Source: Patescibacteria group bacterium (lineage in GTDB: Bacteria > Patescibacteriota > Minisyncoccia > Phycocordibacterales > Phycocordibacteraceae). Taken from it: a DNA stretch of 61,480 nt. Every line of letters begins with the position of its first letter. The stretch's first letter is position 1. Of this stretch, positions 18,872-28,317 are shown piece by piece. The stretch covers positions 1-61,480 of the forward strand of contig JBBTWN010000009.1 in NCBI GenBank assembly GCA_038062735.1, in the 5' to 3' direction. The notes beneath the pieces are model-generated. The model made no database searches and was not told the origin of the DNA. It saw nothing but the letters and a program-made list of their open reading frames with translations. The translations under genes and the position numbers were made by a program.

Positions 18872-19315
18872 ATGCGAGGTAATCCAGTACTTGTGGAGAC
18901 AAGAGCGACCGCCGATCGTTCCGCAATAGATAGTATAGAAGGAAAAAAACATGATGTCAGAGGTGAGTCTAAGTTAGTGTCTACTTTATTGTTCGTACCA
19001 AGGCTGCTCAGAACAATAGTTCGAGAACTCATAGTCGGAATTAGCACACTTATCACAGGTATTGTTGTTATGGGGGGTATTGGATCTGGGATCGGAGCGT
19101 TCATAGGAGCAATCGCAGGTGCATTCAAGTGGGCAGCAGCCGGTTTTGCTATTGGTGCACTATCTACGACGTTTGTCCCTGCATTTTTGCTGGGCTCACT
19201 AGTCGGTGCAGCACTCTTCTTATTTGTTGGTCTTACGGCGGGTATTGGGTTTGAAAATGAACCAGATATCCGAAGATTTGTTAAGAAAAATATCACGCGA
19301 GAAAAAACAGCTTAA
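18872..19315 (+). CDS. glycine-zipper-rich membrane protein (start uncertain, see finding)
   Basis: GIGSGIGAFIGAIAGAF...AAGFAIGAL...LGSLVGAALFLFVGLTAGIG. The overlapping minus-strand ORF looks like a shadow. Confidence 0.45.
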   Translation: MRGNPVLVETRATADRSAIDSIEGKKHDVRGESKLVSTLLFVPRLLRTIVRELIVGISTLITGIVVMGGIGSGIGAFIGAIAGAFKWAAAGFAIGALSTTFVPAFLLGSLVGAALFLFVGLTAGIGFENEPDIRRFVKKNITREKTA

Positions 19316-19537
19316 TAAAACAAAAACATGTCAAGATTTAACGAAAAACTCAAGCACCGGACTGATGCGGCGCTAGAAATCAGTACCATTAAAATTGATC
19401 ATCACTTTGGTTGGGTTTTTTGGTCCAATGGTGCTGGGTAGTCTGCACTCTGTAATGGAGAAACGAAGGAAAGCTATTGATGATGAAACGGCGCTGAGAA
19501 ACGCGGCACGACGTACACCAGCTATAGCTTCGCGGCG

Positions 19538-20644
19538 TTAGTGAAGGCCGATTTGGCGTTTCTTTTCTTCGTCGCTACGGAGCATGTCTCGTTGTTCTAT
19601 ATAGTGCGTCCGTACAGAATCAGATAGTGGTGTGTCTGTGAGCACCGATGTTAAAACTTCAGTCCAAAAGACAATGCGCGCTGTATTCAGCAGTTTTAAA
19701 TTTCCATCAACAGAGCGAAGCGTTTGCGTGTAGTACCAGAGTATTTCGCCCAGACGAAATACGCGCATGAGCTTCAGCGCGAGTACTTCTTCTTCGCCGC
19801 GGTTTAAACGCACGTATTCTATAAGAGCATCAGCAAGGGGCGGGTTATAAAGCGTCATAAAATTGATAAAACGCGCCCACCCCTCATACTTATTTCCAAA
19901 ACGAATGGAAGAATGATCAAGAAGATAGATACTGTTGTTTTTAATACGAATGTTGTGGGGCACAAAGTCGACGTGGACAAGAAAGCTTCCATACCGGTCT
20001 ATCGTCGTCGCATGTTTCGATATAAGTCCAATCGCTGACTCAAGCGTTTTAATGAATCCGGGAGACACTTCAGACGATGCACGGATATTTGAAACAAAGT
20101 CAGCAAAAAGTGTGCGATATGCACTGCTGTCGATGGGTGCGACGACACGAGAGATCTTCTGCATATGGGTATAGGTCGTCGCGTGTGCGGACTCCTGCGC
20201 TTTAAACGCAGAAAGGGCAAATGCAAATTGTTCTTTCAGTGGTCGTTCAAGGAATGTGCTTGTTTGTTCAATAAACTCGGTAATACTGATAGTAAATCCG
20301 CCGCTCTCACCAGCATACAAAACGCGCGGTGAGTGGAAAGCTTGATAAGCAAAATTGATGGAGTGTAGCAATGCGCGTGCTTTTTGTTCATGCGCTATTT
20401 CTCGAATGCCGTCAGCGTCGCGCGTTGCTTTTATGATGACCCGCGTATTATCCGATTTCTTATGTCCGATGAGTATTAGTTTGCGTCCGCCCGCTGTAGT
20501 TACTGCCTGCATAAGATGCCGCTCGCCAGAAATATGCGGTTGCTGTGATTCAAGAGTGTACCCGAGCGCTCCAGCAATTTGAATAAACGCCGAGAGTTCA
20601 TCTTTTACATATGCGTCCCATTCGCTTTGTGTAGCTAAGTTCAT
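19538..20644 (-). CDS. aminoglycoside/choline-kinase-like phosphotransferase (APH family)
   Basis: Catalytic-loop-like VHVDFVPHNI and a downstream LLDHSS motif. 368 aa. Confidence 0.7.
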   Translation of the reverse strand: MNLATQSEWDAYVKDELSAFIQIAGALGYTLESQQPHISGERHLMQAVTTAGGRKLILIGHKKSDNTRVIIKATRDADGIREIAHEQKARALLHSINFAYQAFHSPRVLYAGESGGFTISITEFIEQTSTFLERPLKEQFAFALSAFKAQESAHATTYTHMQKISRVVAPIDSSAYRTLFADFVSNIRASSEVSPGFIKTLESAIGLISKHATTIDRYGSFLVHVDFVPHNIRIKNNSIYLLDHSSIRFGNKYEGWARFINFMTLYNPPLADALIEYVRLNRGEEEVLALKLMRVFRLGEILWYYTQTLRSVDGNLKLLNTARIVFWTEVLTSVLTDTPLSDSVRTHYIEQRDMLRSDEEKKRQIGLH

Positions 20645-21168
20645 ACGCCGAGCTCAGCACGATGCGCCGCCCACTCGTTTTCATAGTTTTGAAATGCTGC
20701 AACAGGATATGCATCGAGCGGAAGTATTTCTGGTCGTGGACTAGGAACTGTAGAGATTATTTTTTTAGCCTGTGACGCTGCAATGCGCTGGAGCGTTTTT
20801 CGCACCAACGTCTTTTCTACCCACTGCTGTGCCGCCACGTCGCCGATGACAAAAAAAACTTTTGTTTGCATCAAGAGAGAAGCGAGCACAAACGGCAGTT
20901 CTGTAGAGGCGCCGTTCATAACGAGGACAAGGTCAGTTTCTTGAGCGCTTTGCATAAATGCCCGTGTATAGCGGTAGAGCCGCGTGAGGAGAGGGACACG
21001 TTTATCGATAGCAACTATGGGCACCCCAGCTATTTCAACAGGCAGGTGCCCGTAGGTCAGTACCGTGACTGTGTGGTGCTCTGACAGGCGCCCTGCCAGT
21101 GCTTTGACGTACTCGGCGAGTGGGGCCACGTCCGGTGGGTAAAGCGGGGTACAAATGGCTATTCTCAT
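20641..21168 (-). CDS. stand-alone GT4 N-terminal-domain-like protein
   Basis: MRIAICTPLYPPDVAPLAEYV resembles Glyco_trans_4-like N domains. There is no C-terminal GT1 half. Start moved to ATG 21168. 4-nt overlap with the kinase-like gene. Confidence 0.55.
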   Translation of the reverse strand: MRIAICTPLYPPDVAPLAEYVKALAGRLSEHHTVTVLTYGHLPVEIAGVPIVAIDKRVPLLTRLYRYTRAFMQSAQETDLVLVMNGASTELPFVLASLLMQTKVFFVIGDVAAQQWVEKTLVRKTLQRIAASQAKKIISTVPSPRPEILPLDAYPVAAFQNYENEWAAHRAELGV

Positions 21169-21382
21169 AGTGGGTCTAGCTATACGTACTGTATCACTGG
21201 AGTACTTCAATTATGTGAATGTGGTAATGCCGTTTGTAATTCTTGACAACTTCTTCGATTTACGTTATCCTGTACAATATGATCAAGAGGGTGTTGATTA
21301 CTTCTGTAGAGCGTCGAAGCGGCCTTATGTGTTGAGGTCGCTTGAGAGCATTGTATTTCCAAAAAAATAAAAAATTCCTAAG

Positions 21383-21411
21383 CAACCTCAAATGAGGTTG
21401 TTTTATTTTTT
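21383..21411. terminator. intrinsic terminator-like hairpin flanked by A- and T-tracts
   Basis: CAACCTCA-aa-TGAGGTTG followed by TTTTATTTTTT and preceded by AAAAAAATAAAAAA. Confidence 0.5.
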
Positions 21412-21424
21412 AACTAACAAATAC

Positions 21425-22348
21425 ATGCTTACACACGACAAACTAAAAGTTCCTTCACAGGAAAAGACAACGAAACTTCGTAATGCGGTCGTTGCTGACC
21501 TAGATGCCATCAATGGTTTCTATCGTACAGAGTATGGCGCTGAGTATCCATCTTTTTTAACCAGCACAGATCTAGTGCGTCAGGACGTCATTGTCCGCGT
21601 GGCCGTCTCTGTAGGCAAGATTATCGGCGTTTTGCAGGCTGCGCCACTAAAGGGTGCAGCTGGGGTGTATGAATCCAAAGGTCTTGTCGTTGATAGGCAA
21701 TACCGGGGACATGGCATAGGCAAACTCTTACTGGAGGAACAGCTCCACATATTGCGTAAGAGAGGAGCGCGCAGTGTGTATGCCGAGCCAGTGTGTCGCG
21801 AGGCCGCATGCCGCTCACAACATAACTTTCTCGAGCGAGGATTTTCAGCGACTGGAATATTGCCATCAAAGTATCCAGATGAATTGGTGGGTAATCAGCC
21901 GGAATCGGTGACCATGAGTGCCCTATCCCTTACAGGAGATGTGTGGGGATTACGACCCACGTACCTTCCTAAAAACTATGAGACTGTCATGCAAAAAGTC
22001 TTGCCCAAAAAAACTTCGGTTCAAAGCGTCCCAAGGGATGCAATGCCACATGTTCTAGCCCACGCACCAGAAATTGCCGAGGGTAGATATGGGTCCGCGT
22101 TCGTTGAAATTCCAATCAATTGGCCAAAGGCACTCGATGACATTGCGAAGTATCAGTCGCTCGGGTATCTCTTTGCTGGTGTACTCCCGGGTGTGCACCA
22201 GACCGCTCTAGGTAAACCATATGACGTTGCGGTTTTCTATCTCCCGCCAAAGGGAATACGAATTGATTTTGAGCGCATTAACGTAACAAACACGTTAATG
22301 CCGCTCCATACATTTATGGCAGCAGAATATACACAACGATATGGCTAA
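21425..22348 (+). CDS. GNAT family N-acetyltransferase with C-terminal extension
   Basis: Acetyl-CoA motif VVDRQYRGHGIGKLLL. Start moved to ATG 21425, downstream of the hairpin. Confidence 0.8.
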   Translation: MLTHDKLKVPSQEKTTKLRNAVVADLDAINGFYRTEYGAEYPSFLTSTDLVRQDVIVRVAVSVGKIIGVLQAAPLKGAAGVYESKGLVVDRQYRGHGIGKLLLEEQLHILRKRGARSVYAEPVCREAACRSQHNFLERGFSATGILPSKYPDELVGNQPESVTMSALSLTGDVWGLRPTYLPKNYETVMQKVLPKKTSVQSVPRDAMPHVLAHAPEIAEGRYGSAFVEIPINWPKALDDIAKYQSLGYLFAGVLPGVHQTALGKPYDVAVFYLPPKGIRIDFERINVTNTLMPLHTFMAAEYTQRYG

Positions 22349-23213
22349 CATTACACAAATCATTCCAGACATTTGGGTGGTCGAATCGGGTGTGCCGGGA
22401 CCGCGCGTCGTCGTTCTTGGCGGCGTGCATGGCGATGAACTGCCAGGAGTACAGGTAGTACGAAAACTCCTCGCGTGCGATCTGTCGTCACTTGTAACTC
22501 GCGGCACTCTCACAATTGGAATTGGAAATCCCGCTGCCGTTATGGCGAATGCACGTTTTGTGCCGGGTGATTTCGATCTCAATAGAAGTTTTGGTGTTGT
22601 GCCCTTAGAATGCAAAGATTCAATCGCAGTACAGCGCGCCGAAGCATTGAAACCGTTTCTTGCTGCAGTAGATGTACTCATTGACATCCATGCAACCATA
22701 AAGCCGTCTCTTCCTATGATCATCTCTCCTAGTACTGCAGATCACCAACTTCTCCGTGAACTCGTTTCAGTTTTCGGGATTAAAAAAGTAATCACGGGAC
22801 CAGCTTTAGCGGCTGACGCTGCAGGGATGACGACCGATGCATTCGTGTTTCAGCATGGCGGGCTTGGTATTACTCTGGAAACTGGATGGATGATGGATAC
22901 ATCTGTAGTTTCGCGGGTAGAAAAAGCGGTTCTCGCTGCGCTTGGTGTAATTGGTATCGCGCCGACAGCGCATTCGATGCATCATGAAGTAGAAATTGAG
23001 CACTATGATGCCTATTGGAGTGTTCCAGCATCAGGGGCATTTGTATTCACGCGCGAGTGGGACGATTTCGCTCTTATCACTAAAGGGGAGTGTTTTGCTA
23101 CCGATTCTGGTGTTCCGCTTGTAGTGCCGCAAGACTCCTACCTGCTTTTTCAGAAGCCACAATTGCTTTTGAAAGCAGGCACCGAGGCTTGTCTGATGTT
23201 GAGAAGGATATAG
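22341..23213 (+). CDS. succinylglutamate desuccinylase/aspartoacylase (AstE/AspA, M14-like) family protein
   Basis: VVVLGGVHGDELPG zinc motif and a later DIHAT. 8-nt overlap with the GNAT gene. Confidence 0.75.
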   Translation: MANITQIIPDIWVVESGVPGPRVVVLGGVHGDELPGVQVVRKLLACDLSSLVTRGTLTIGIGNPAAVMANARFVPGDFDLNRSFGVVPLECKDSIAVQRAEALKPFLAAVDVLIDIHATIKPSLPMIISPSTADHQLLRELVSVFGIKKVITGPALAADAAGMTTDAFVFQHGGLGITLETGWMMDTSVVSRVEKAVLAALGVIGIAPTAHSMHHEVEIEHYDAYWSVPASGAFVFTREWDDFALITKGECFATDSGVPLVVPQDSYLLFQKPQLLLKAGTEACLMLRRI

Positions 23214-23261
23214 TGCAACCATCCAACACTATTTTGGGTATCTATAGGCGAGTAGGAGACC

Positions 23262-23287
23262 CGCCGCCCGAGGGGGCGGCGTTTGTT
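23262..23287 (+). terminator. intrinsic terminator
   Basis: CGCCGCCC-gagg-GGGCGGCG followed by TTTGTT. It abuts the next extended -10, TGtTATAGT (23284-23292). Confidence 0.65.
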
Positions 23288-23298
23288 ATAGTGCGCAT

Positions 23299-24426
23299 AT
23301 GAACACTAAGAGGAGGGTACTGGTTGCGACGGGGCTCTATCCTCCTGAAATTGGTGGTCCGGCGACTTATTCGCGATTATTAGAGACACATCTCGGTGCT
23401 CACGGATTTGCAGTAAGCGTGCTGCCGTTCAGCCGTGCGAGAAAGTATTGGCCCGGTATTCGACACGTCGTGTATACGTATTTGCTGCTACGCGCGATGA
23501 ACGAGCACGATATGCTATACGCACAAGACACCGTGTCGGTCGGATTACCCGCGTTCATCGTGTATCTCATAACGAGGAAGCGTTTTGTGTTGCGTGTACC
23601 CGGCGATCATGCGTGGGAGCAAGGAGTGCAGCGTTTTCATGTGCTCGAACTCCTTGATAATTTTCCAATTTGGAATTGGAGGTGGAACCCAATGCTTATG
23701 ATAATGCGCATGCTTCAGTTACGAGTGGCGCGGGCTGCGGCATGTGTTGTCGTGCCAAGCGCGTATCTTGCACGTATCGTTGCAACATGGGGAGTGCCTC
23801 CAGAGCGTATCCACGTGGTGTATAACGGTGTCACTGTTGAAGACGTAGGAACGCGAGAAGTTATCCGCGGCATGCTCCACTTTGAGGGGAGGCTTTTGAT
23901 CTCGGTTGGCCGTCTCGTGCCCTGGAAGGGTTTTGACACGGTTATTCGCGTGTTTGCGAGCTTAAAAAAGAAGCATCCGGATCTCACTCTTTTTATTGTT
24001 GGTTCTGGGCCAGAAGAAGAGCGTCTCATGGCACTTGCCCGAACAAAGAAGGTCGAGTCGTCCGTTATTTTTGCTGGTTCTGTTGATCGCGATGCACTTC
24101 TTCGTTATTTGAAGGCCGCGGATATTTTTGTGCTCAATACGTCTTACGAGGGCTTGTCGCATCTGGTATTGGAGACCATGTCGGTCGGGACGCCGGTGGT
24201 GACGACGGATGTCGGAGGTAACGGTGAGGTAATCACTGATGGCATTGACGGGTATCTCATAAAACCTAATTCGATGCCACAGCTCGAAAAGCGAATTGAA
24301 GAATTACTGTCAAACAAATCAGTCTACGACAGGATTCGTCGGGCGGCGCTCACTCGCGTGAAGCGATTTAATGACGATGATGCGGTACGCGAGACAGCGC
24401 GCACGCTCCTGCAGTACGCAAAATAG
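23299..24426 (+). CDS. glycosyltransferase, GT4 type
   Basis: RVLVATGLYPPEIGGPATY N-terminus and EGLSHLVLETMSVGTPVVTTDVGGNGEVI. Confidence 0.85.
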   Translation: MNTKRRVLVATGLYPPEIGGPATYSRLLETHLGAHGFAVSVLPFSRARKYWPGIRHVVYTYLLLRAMNEHDMLYAQDTVSVGLPAFIVYLITRKRFVLRVPGDHAWEQGVQRFHVLELLDNFPIWNWRWNPMLMIMRMLQLRVARAAACVVVPSAYLARIVATWGVPPERIHVVYNGVTVEDVGTREVIRGMLHFEGRLLISVGRLVPWKGFDTVIRVFASLKKKHPDLTLFIVGSGPEEERLMALARTKKVESSVIFAGSVDRDALLRYLKAADIFVLNTSYEGLSHLVLETMSVGTPVVTTDVGGNGEVITDGIDGYLIKPNSMPQLEKRIEELLSNKSVYDRIRRAALTRVKRFNDDDAVRETARTLLQYAK

Positions 24427-24427
24427 T

Positions 24428-25525
24428 ATGCGCGTACTCATGCTCTCGACTGATGCGCATATGCTTGATTCAGAATCACGCGTGTATCGCCGGACCCGCG
24501 CGTACGCAGATTTAGTAGAATCAATCGTGGTGGTTATGGTGGGCGCTGGCGAGGCGTTTGACCGTACCGATGGCACTCTGCGTGTGGTTCGGTTTTCAGC
24601 TTTTAACAAGGTGACCGCATTGTGGCAGCTTTGGTTTTATCTACCACAATTTGCCCGCAGTGTTGGGGTCGATGTCATCACAACGCAGGACCCTCTCTGG
24701 TGCGGTCTCCTCGGTGTGCACGTTAAGAAAAAATGCAACATACCTGTGCAGATTCAGATTCATACTGATTTTCGAAACCCGCAGTATATGCACGAGTCGC
24801 TCATGCGTCGCGTTGAAAGTGTGTTGCCGCCGTATGTTTTGAGTCGTGCCACTGCAATTCGTATTGTGTCAGAACGAATGCGTGCTGATGCTGAACGTTT
24901 GAGCACGGCGCCAGTAACAGTGCTCTCTGTTTTTCTGGATGTGGTGGAAGGTACACCAACCGAACGGCCAGTTGAATATGGAGACTATCCCGTTGCACTT
25001 ATGGTATGTCGACTTGTCCGAGGAAAAAATATTACTACCGCGCTCGAAGCACTATCTACCGTACCGGATATGCATCTTGTTATTGTTGGGGACGGACCCC
25101 TGCGGTCCATACTCGAAGAGCAGGCTCGGTTAAACGGTGTTCTTCATCGGGTTCATTTCCTTGGTTGGAAAAAAGACGTGCGTAGTTTCTTTGAGCACGC
25201 CACCTGTTTTTTGTCGCTCTCATCGTATGAGGGGTATGGGCTTTCGATTGCTGAAGCTGCCCTGTTCGACTGCCCCATTATTGCGACCAATGCTGGGCTC
25301 GTGGGGTATGAATTAAAGGATACTGCGCATGTGACGCTCGTCTCGGCGGATAAGTATAAAGTGGGTATGGCACTTTGTGAAATACTTAACAATCATCCAG
25401 CGGCATGCGCCCGTGCCCGTGCGGCGCACCATGTTATAGGGGAACATCGCCTCCTTCCCGGGGCATACGCAGAGCGCTATATCGAACTTTTGAATGAGAC
25501 TCGCCTTGATACAATGCACCAATGA
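24428..25525 (+). CDS. glycosyltransferase, GT4 type
   Basis: ORF trimmed to ATG 24428, 1 nt after the upstream stop. YEGYGLSIAEAALFDCPIIATNAG. Confidence 0.8.
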   Translation: MRVLMLSTDAHMLDSESRVYRRTRAYADLVESIVVVMVGAGEAFDRTDGTLRVVRFSAFNKVTALWQLWFYLPQFARSVGVDVITTQDPLWCGLLGVHVKKKCNIPVQIQIHTDFRNPQYMHESLMRRVESVLPPYVLSRATAIRIVSERMRADAERLSTAPVTVLSVFLDVVEGTPTERPVEYGDYPVALMVCRLVRGKNITTALEALSTVPDMHLVIVGDGPLRSILEEQARLNGVLHRVHFLGWKKDVRSFFEHATCFLSLSSYEGYGLSIAEAALFDCPIIATNAGLVGYELKDTAHVTLVSADKYKVGMALCEILNNHPAACARARAAHHVIGEHRLLPGAYAERYIELLNETRLDTMHQ

Positions 25526-26367
25526 AGGTCGGATTTATCGGACAGGGATTTATCGGAAAGAACTATGCCGACGATTTTGAACATCGTGGGTACGATGTCA
25601 TCCGCTATTCGCTTGAAAGTCCGTACATCAAGAATAAAGATCGTATTGCAGGGTGCGATTTTATATTTGTTGCGGTGCCAACACCGACGACCGCACGCGG
25701 GTTTGATGACTCCATCGTTCGTGCCGCCATCACGGCAACGCACAATACTGCAGTCGTGATCATAAAATCAACACTCATTCCCGGCACCACCGAGTCGCTG
25801 CAGGATGCGTATGCTACACGCACGATTATGCACTCACCTGAGTTTTTACGAGAAAAAACAGCAGCTCATGACGCTGCACATCCTGACAGAAATATTATTG
25901 GTATCGCGCGTGAAGATGACCGTGCGCGAGCTGAAGAAGCACTTTCAATTATGGCTCCTGCGCCGTATACCGCGATCGTGCCTGCACGTACTGCGGAGCT
26001 TCTTAAATACGCGGGAAACTGTTTTTTAGCTACCAAGGTCGTGTTTATGAACCTCCTCCATGACATCGCGACACACGAAGGTGTCGAGTGGTCAGAACTT
26101 CGCGATGCACTCATACGCGATCCGAGAATCGGTGAAAGTCATACTGAGCCTGTCCATGAGTCGGGTCATGGGGGCGAGGCGGGTCGCGGTGCGGGTGGGC
26201 ATTGTTTTATTAAGGATTTCGCTGCATTTCGCACTCACTACGAATCGCGAATACCGGTGGATAGCGCGGGGATTAAGGCTCTCCGGGCCATAGAAGAAAA
26301 AAATATTGACCTTCTCCGCACGAGCGGAAAGGACCTTGACCTCCTAAGGGCCGTGTACGGTATATGA
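25522..26367 (+). CDS. short UDP-glucose/GDP-mannose dehydrogenase family protein (281 aa)
   Basis: MKVGFIGQGFIG NAD motif, SPEFLREKTA, and catalytic-Cys motif GGHCFIKD. It ends soon after the central domain. Confidence 0.7.
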   Translation: MKVGFIGQGFIGKNYADDFEHRGYDVIRYSLESPYIKNKDRIAGCDFIFVAVPTPTTARGFDDSIVRAAITATHNTAVVIIKSTLIPGTTESLQDAYATRTIMHSPEFLREKTAAHDAAHPDRNIIGIAREDDRARAEEALSIMAPAPYTAIVPARTAELLKYAGNCFLATKVVFMNLLHDIATHEGVEWSELRDALIRDPRIGESHTEPVHESGHGGEAGRGAGGHCFIKDFAAFRTHYESRIPVDSAGIKALRAIEEKNIDLLRTSGKDLDLLRAVYGI

Positions 26368-27428
26368 AACTACTTATCGTGTGTCAGACGATTGATAGTG
26401 AACATCAAAATCTCGGTTTTTTTGTTCGATGGGTCGCAGAATTTGCGAAGCACTGCTCGCACATTACGGTGATTGCAAACTCAGTTGGAGTGTTTTCGCT
26501 CCCGGACAACGTCACTGTGCATTCACTGGGTAAAGAGAATGGCACACCAAGACTCAGACGATATATGCGTTTTTTCGCACTCATATGGAAGCTCCGTGCT
26601 GAGTATGATGCCGTCTTTGTGCATATGATTGTTGAGTACATTTTGGCGGCCGGGTTGTTTTGGCGAGTTTTTGGAAAACGCATACTCCTCTGGTACGTAC
26701 ATGGAACAGTGTCGTGGCGCTTGCGGCTCGCACTGCTACTTAGTCATGGCGCATGTACCACCAATAGCGCGAGTTTCCGCGTCAAAAGTTCTAAGGTTCA
26801 CGCAGTCGGTCACGGGATAGATACAGAATTTTTTAAACCCATCGAGCATATGCGCTCCGAAGGGGCCCCTTCGGAGCATGAGGAGTATCACATCATTAGT
26901 CATGGCCGGCTCTCGCGTGCAAAGCGCATCGAAGTCGTTGTTGATACGGTCTCGATGTTGAAAAAAGAGTTTGGCATGAAAGCGCGTCTCACCATCGTGG
27001 GTGGGCCAATCACCGATGACGATTTGGCGTATACCGCGTGGCTCCACAAGAAGTGTGAGTTTCTATCATGGGTGAGCATTGTCGGTCCTAAAAACCAGCT
27101 GTATGTGCGCGATGCGCTGCAAACAGCAGACATCATGCTGAACGCATCAATGACGGGATCAGTCGACAAGGCGGTGCTTGAAGCAATGGCGACCGGCACT
27201 CTGGTGGTCACCAGTAATGAGGCATTTCGCGGTATGCTCGCGTCTTTTGGACTTTTCAGTACAAAAACAGATGCACCGCATCTTGCGCTCGTTGCACACA
27301 AGGCGCTCATTGACGAGCATATCGCCTCCACCCGAGAGTCACTTCGTGCGGTCATTGTGAAAGAACACGCACTTCCCGTATGTGTCGAGCGCATCATGTC
27401 TCACCTGCACACACCATCCTATGCGTGA
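26364..27428 (+). CDS. glycosyltransferase, GT4 type
   Basis: GT-B C-terminal half (SMTGSVDKAVLEAMATGTLVVTSN). 4-nt overlap upstream. Confidence 0.75.
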   Translation: MKLLIVCQTIDSEHQNLGFFVRWVAEFAKHCSHITVIANSVGVFSLPDNVTVHSLGKENGTPRLRRYMRFFALIWKLRAEYDAVFVHMIVEYILAAGLFWRVFGKRILLWYVHGTVSWRLRLALLLSHGACTTNSASFRVKSSKVHAVGHGIDTEFFKPIEHMRSEGAPSEHEEYHIISHGRLSRAKRIEVVVDTVSMLKKEFGMKARLTIVGGPITDDDLAYTAWLHKKCEFLSWVSIVGPKNQLYVRDALQTADIMLNASMTGSVDKAVLEAMATGTLVVTSNEAFRGMLASFGLFSTKTDAPHLALVAHKALIDEHIASTRESLRAVIVKEHALPVCVERIMSHLHTPSYA

Positions 27429-28317
27429 CGAACTTAAAAAAATTGCAAAGGCTTTTTTTTACTACCATAGGGGCTTCCCGTATCTCTACTGGCGTTTTAT
27501 TGCAGCGCCACGGATATATCGTGCGGGTGTTCTTGAAAAACCGGCTACTCGCGATGACCTCTCAGTCCATATGCTCTTTGGGGCTCGTGATATGTTGCTG
27601 GCGTGCTGGTCCTTGGCGAGTTGGTACAGCGTATCAACCGTCCATGGCCGTCTGTTTATCCATTCAGATGGGACGCTCACTGACGCACATAAAGTCACCC
27701 TGAAACGACTGTTTCCATCGCACACGTGCGTTGATGCACGCGACGTTGTAGATGAGCACGGTGCTTTTTTTGAGGCGCATCCTGCGCTCAAGAAGTTTCG
27801 AACCCGGTACAAAAAGTTTCAAGCGAAAAAGCTCCTTGATCCCTATCTTTCGTCTAATGCACGCTATCGACTTGTTCTGGATTCAGATATGCTCTGGTTC
27901 AAAAACCCTGTTGAACTCTGGGATGCTCTTGACGCTGGGCTCCCGCGCACGCTCATGATGGACGATGGGGCGGGGCCGCATTCGTACGTTGTATTTAAAA
28001 ACGGATCTCGATTGTCAGAAGAGCTCGCACAGTTTAATTCCGGTGTCACATTCTATCGCTCCGATCAATTTTCTGTCGAAAAACTCACTGCCTATATTCA
28101 TTCAATCGACTGGGAGCACGCAAAGTTCACCGATCAGGCAGCATATGCCACGATGTTTATGCCCACCGTGGAGCGTCTGCCAATGAGCCGCTATATCATT
28201 AAGGGGACGTTGACAGATGACATAATTATGCGTCACTACACAAACCCGTCGCGTACAAAGTTTTACTTCTATGGTCTCGACCGTGTGTATTCGAAGATAT
28301 TCTCAAATCATGTGTAG
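27421..28317 (+). CDS. putative GT-A (GT8-like) glycosyltransferase, DxD motif
   Basis: YRLVLDSDMLWFKNPVELW. Start at ATG 27421, overlapping the upstream stop by 8 nt. Confidence 0.5.
   Translation: MRDELKKIAKAFFYYHRGFPYLYWRFIAAPRIYRAGVLEKPATRDDLSVHMLFGARDMLLACWSLASWYSVSTVHGRLFIHSDGTLTDAHKVTLKRLFPSHTCVDARDVVDEHGAFFEAHPALKKFRTRYKKFQAKKLLDPYLSSNARYRLVLDSDMLWFKNPVELWDALDAGLPRTLMMDDGAGPHSYVVFKNGSRLSEELAQFNSGVTFYRSDQFSVEKLTAYIHSIDWEHAKFTDQAAYATMFMPTVERLPMSRYIIKGTLTDDIIMRHYTNPSRTKFYFYGLDRVYSKIFSNHV

Noticed and set aside
18823-19296. 157-aa minus-strand ORF overlapping the Gly-zipper gene.
   Set aside because: It has a Pro/Ala/Ser-rich low-complexity translation typical of the reverse complement of a Gly/Ala-rich membrane protein. 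The plus-strand product has coherent TM segments.
19328-19537. Two overlapping small ORFs, a 36-codon ORF from ATG 19328 and a second frame ending at 19537. They could be joined by a shift in a T6 run (GGGTTTTTTGG).
   Set aside because: There is no motif or paralog to support either frame. The arrangement could be chance or a decayed gene, and it cannot be resolved from sequence alone.
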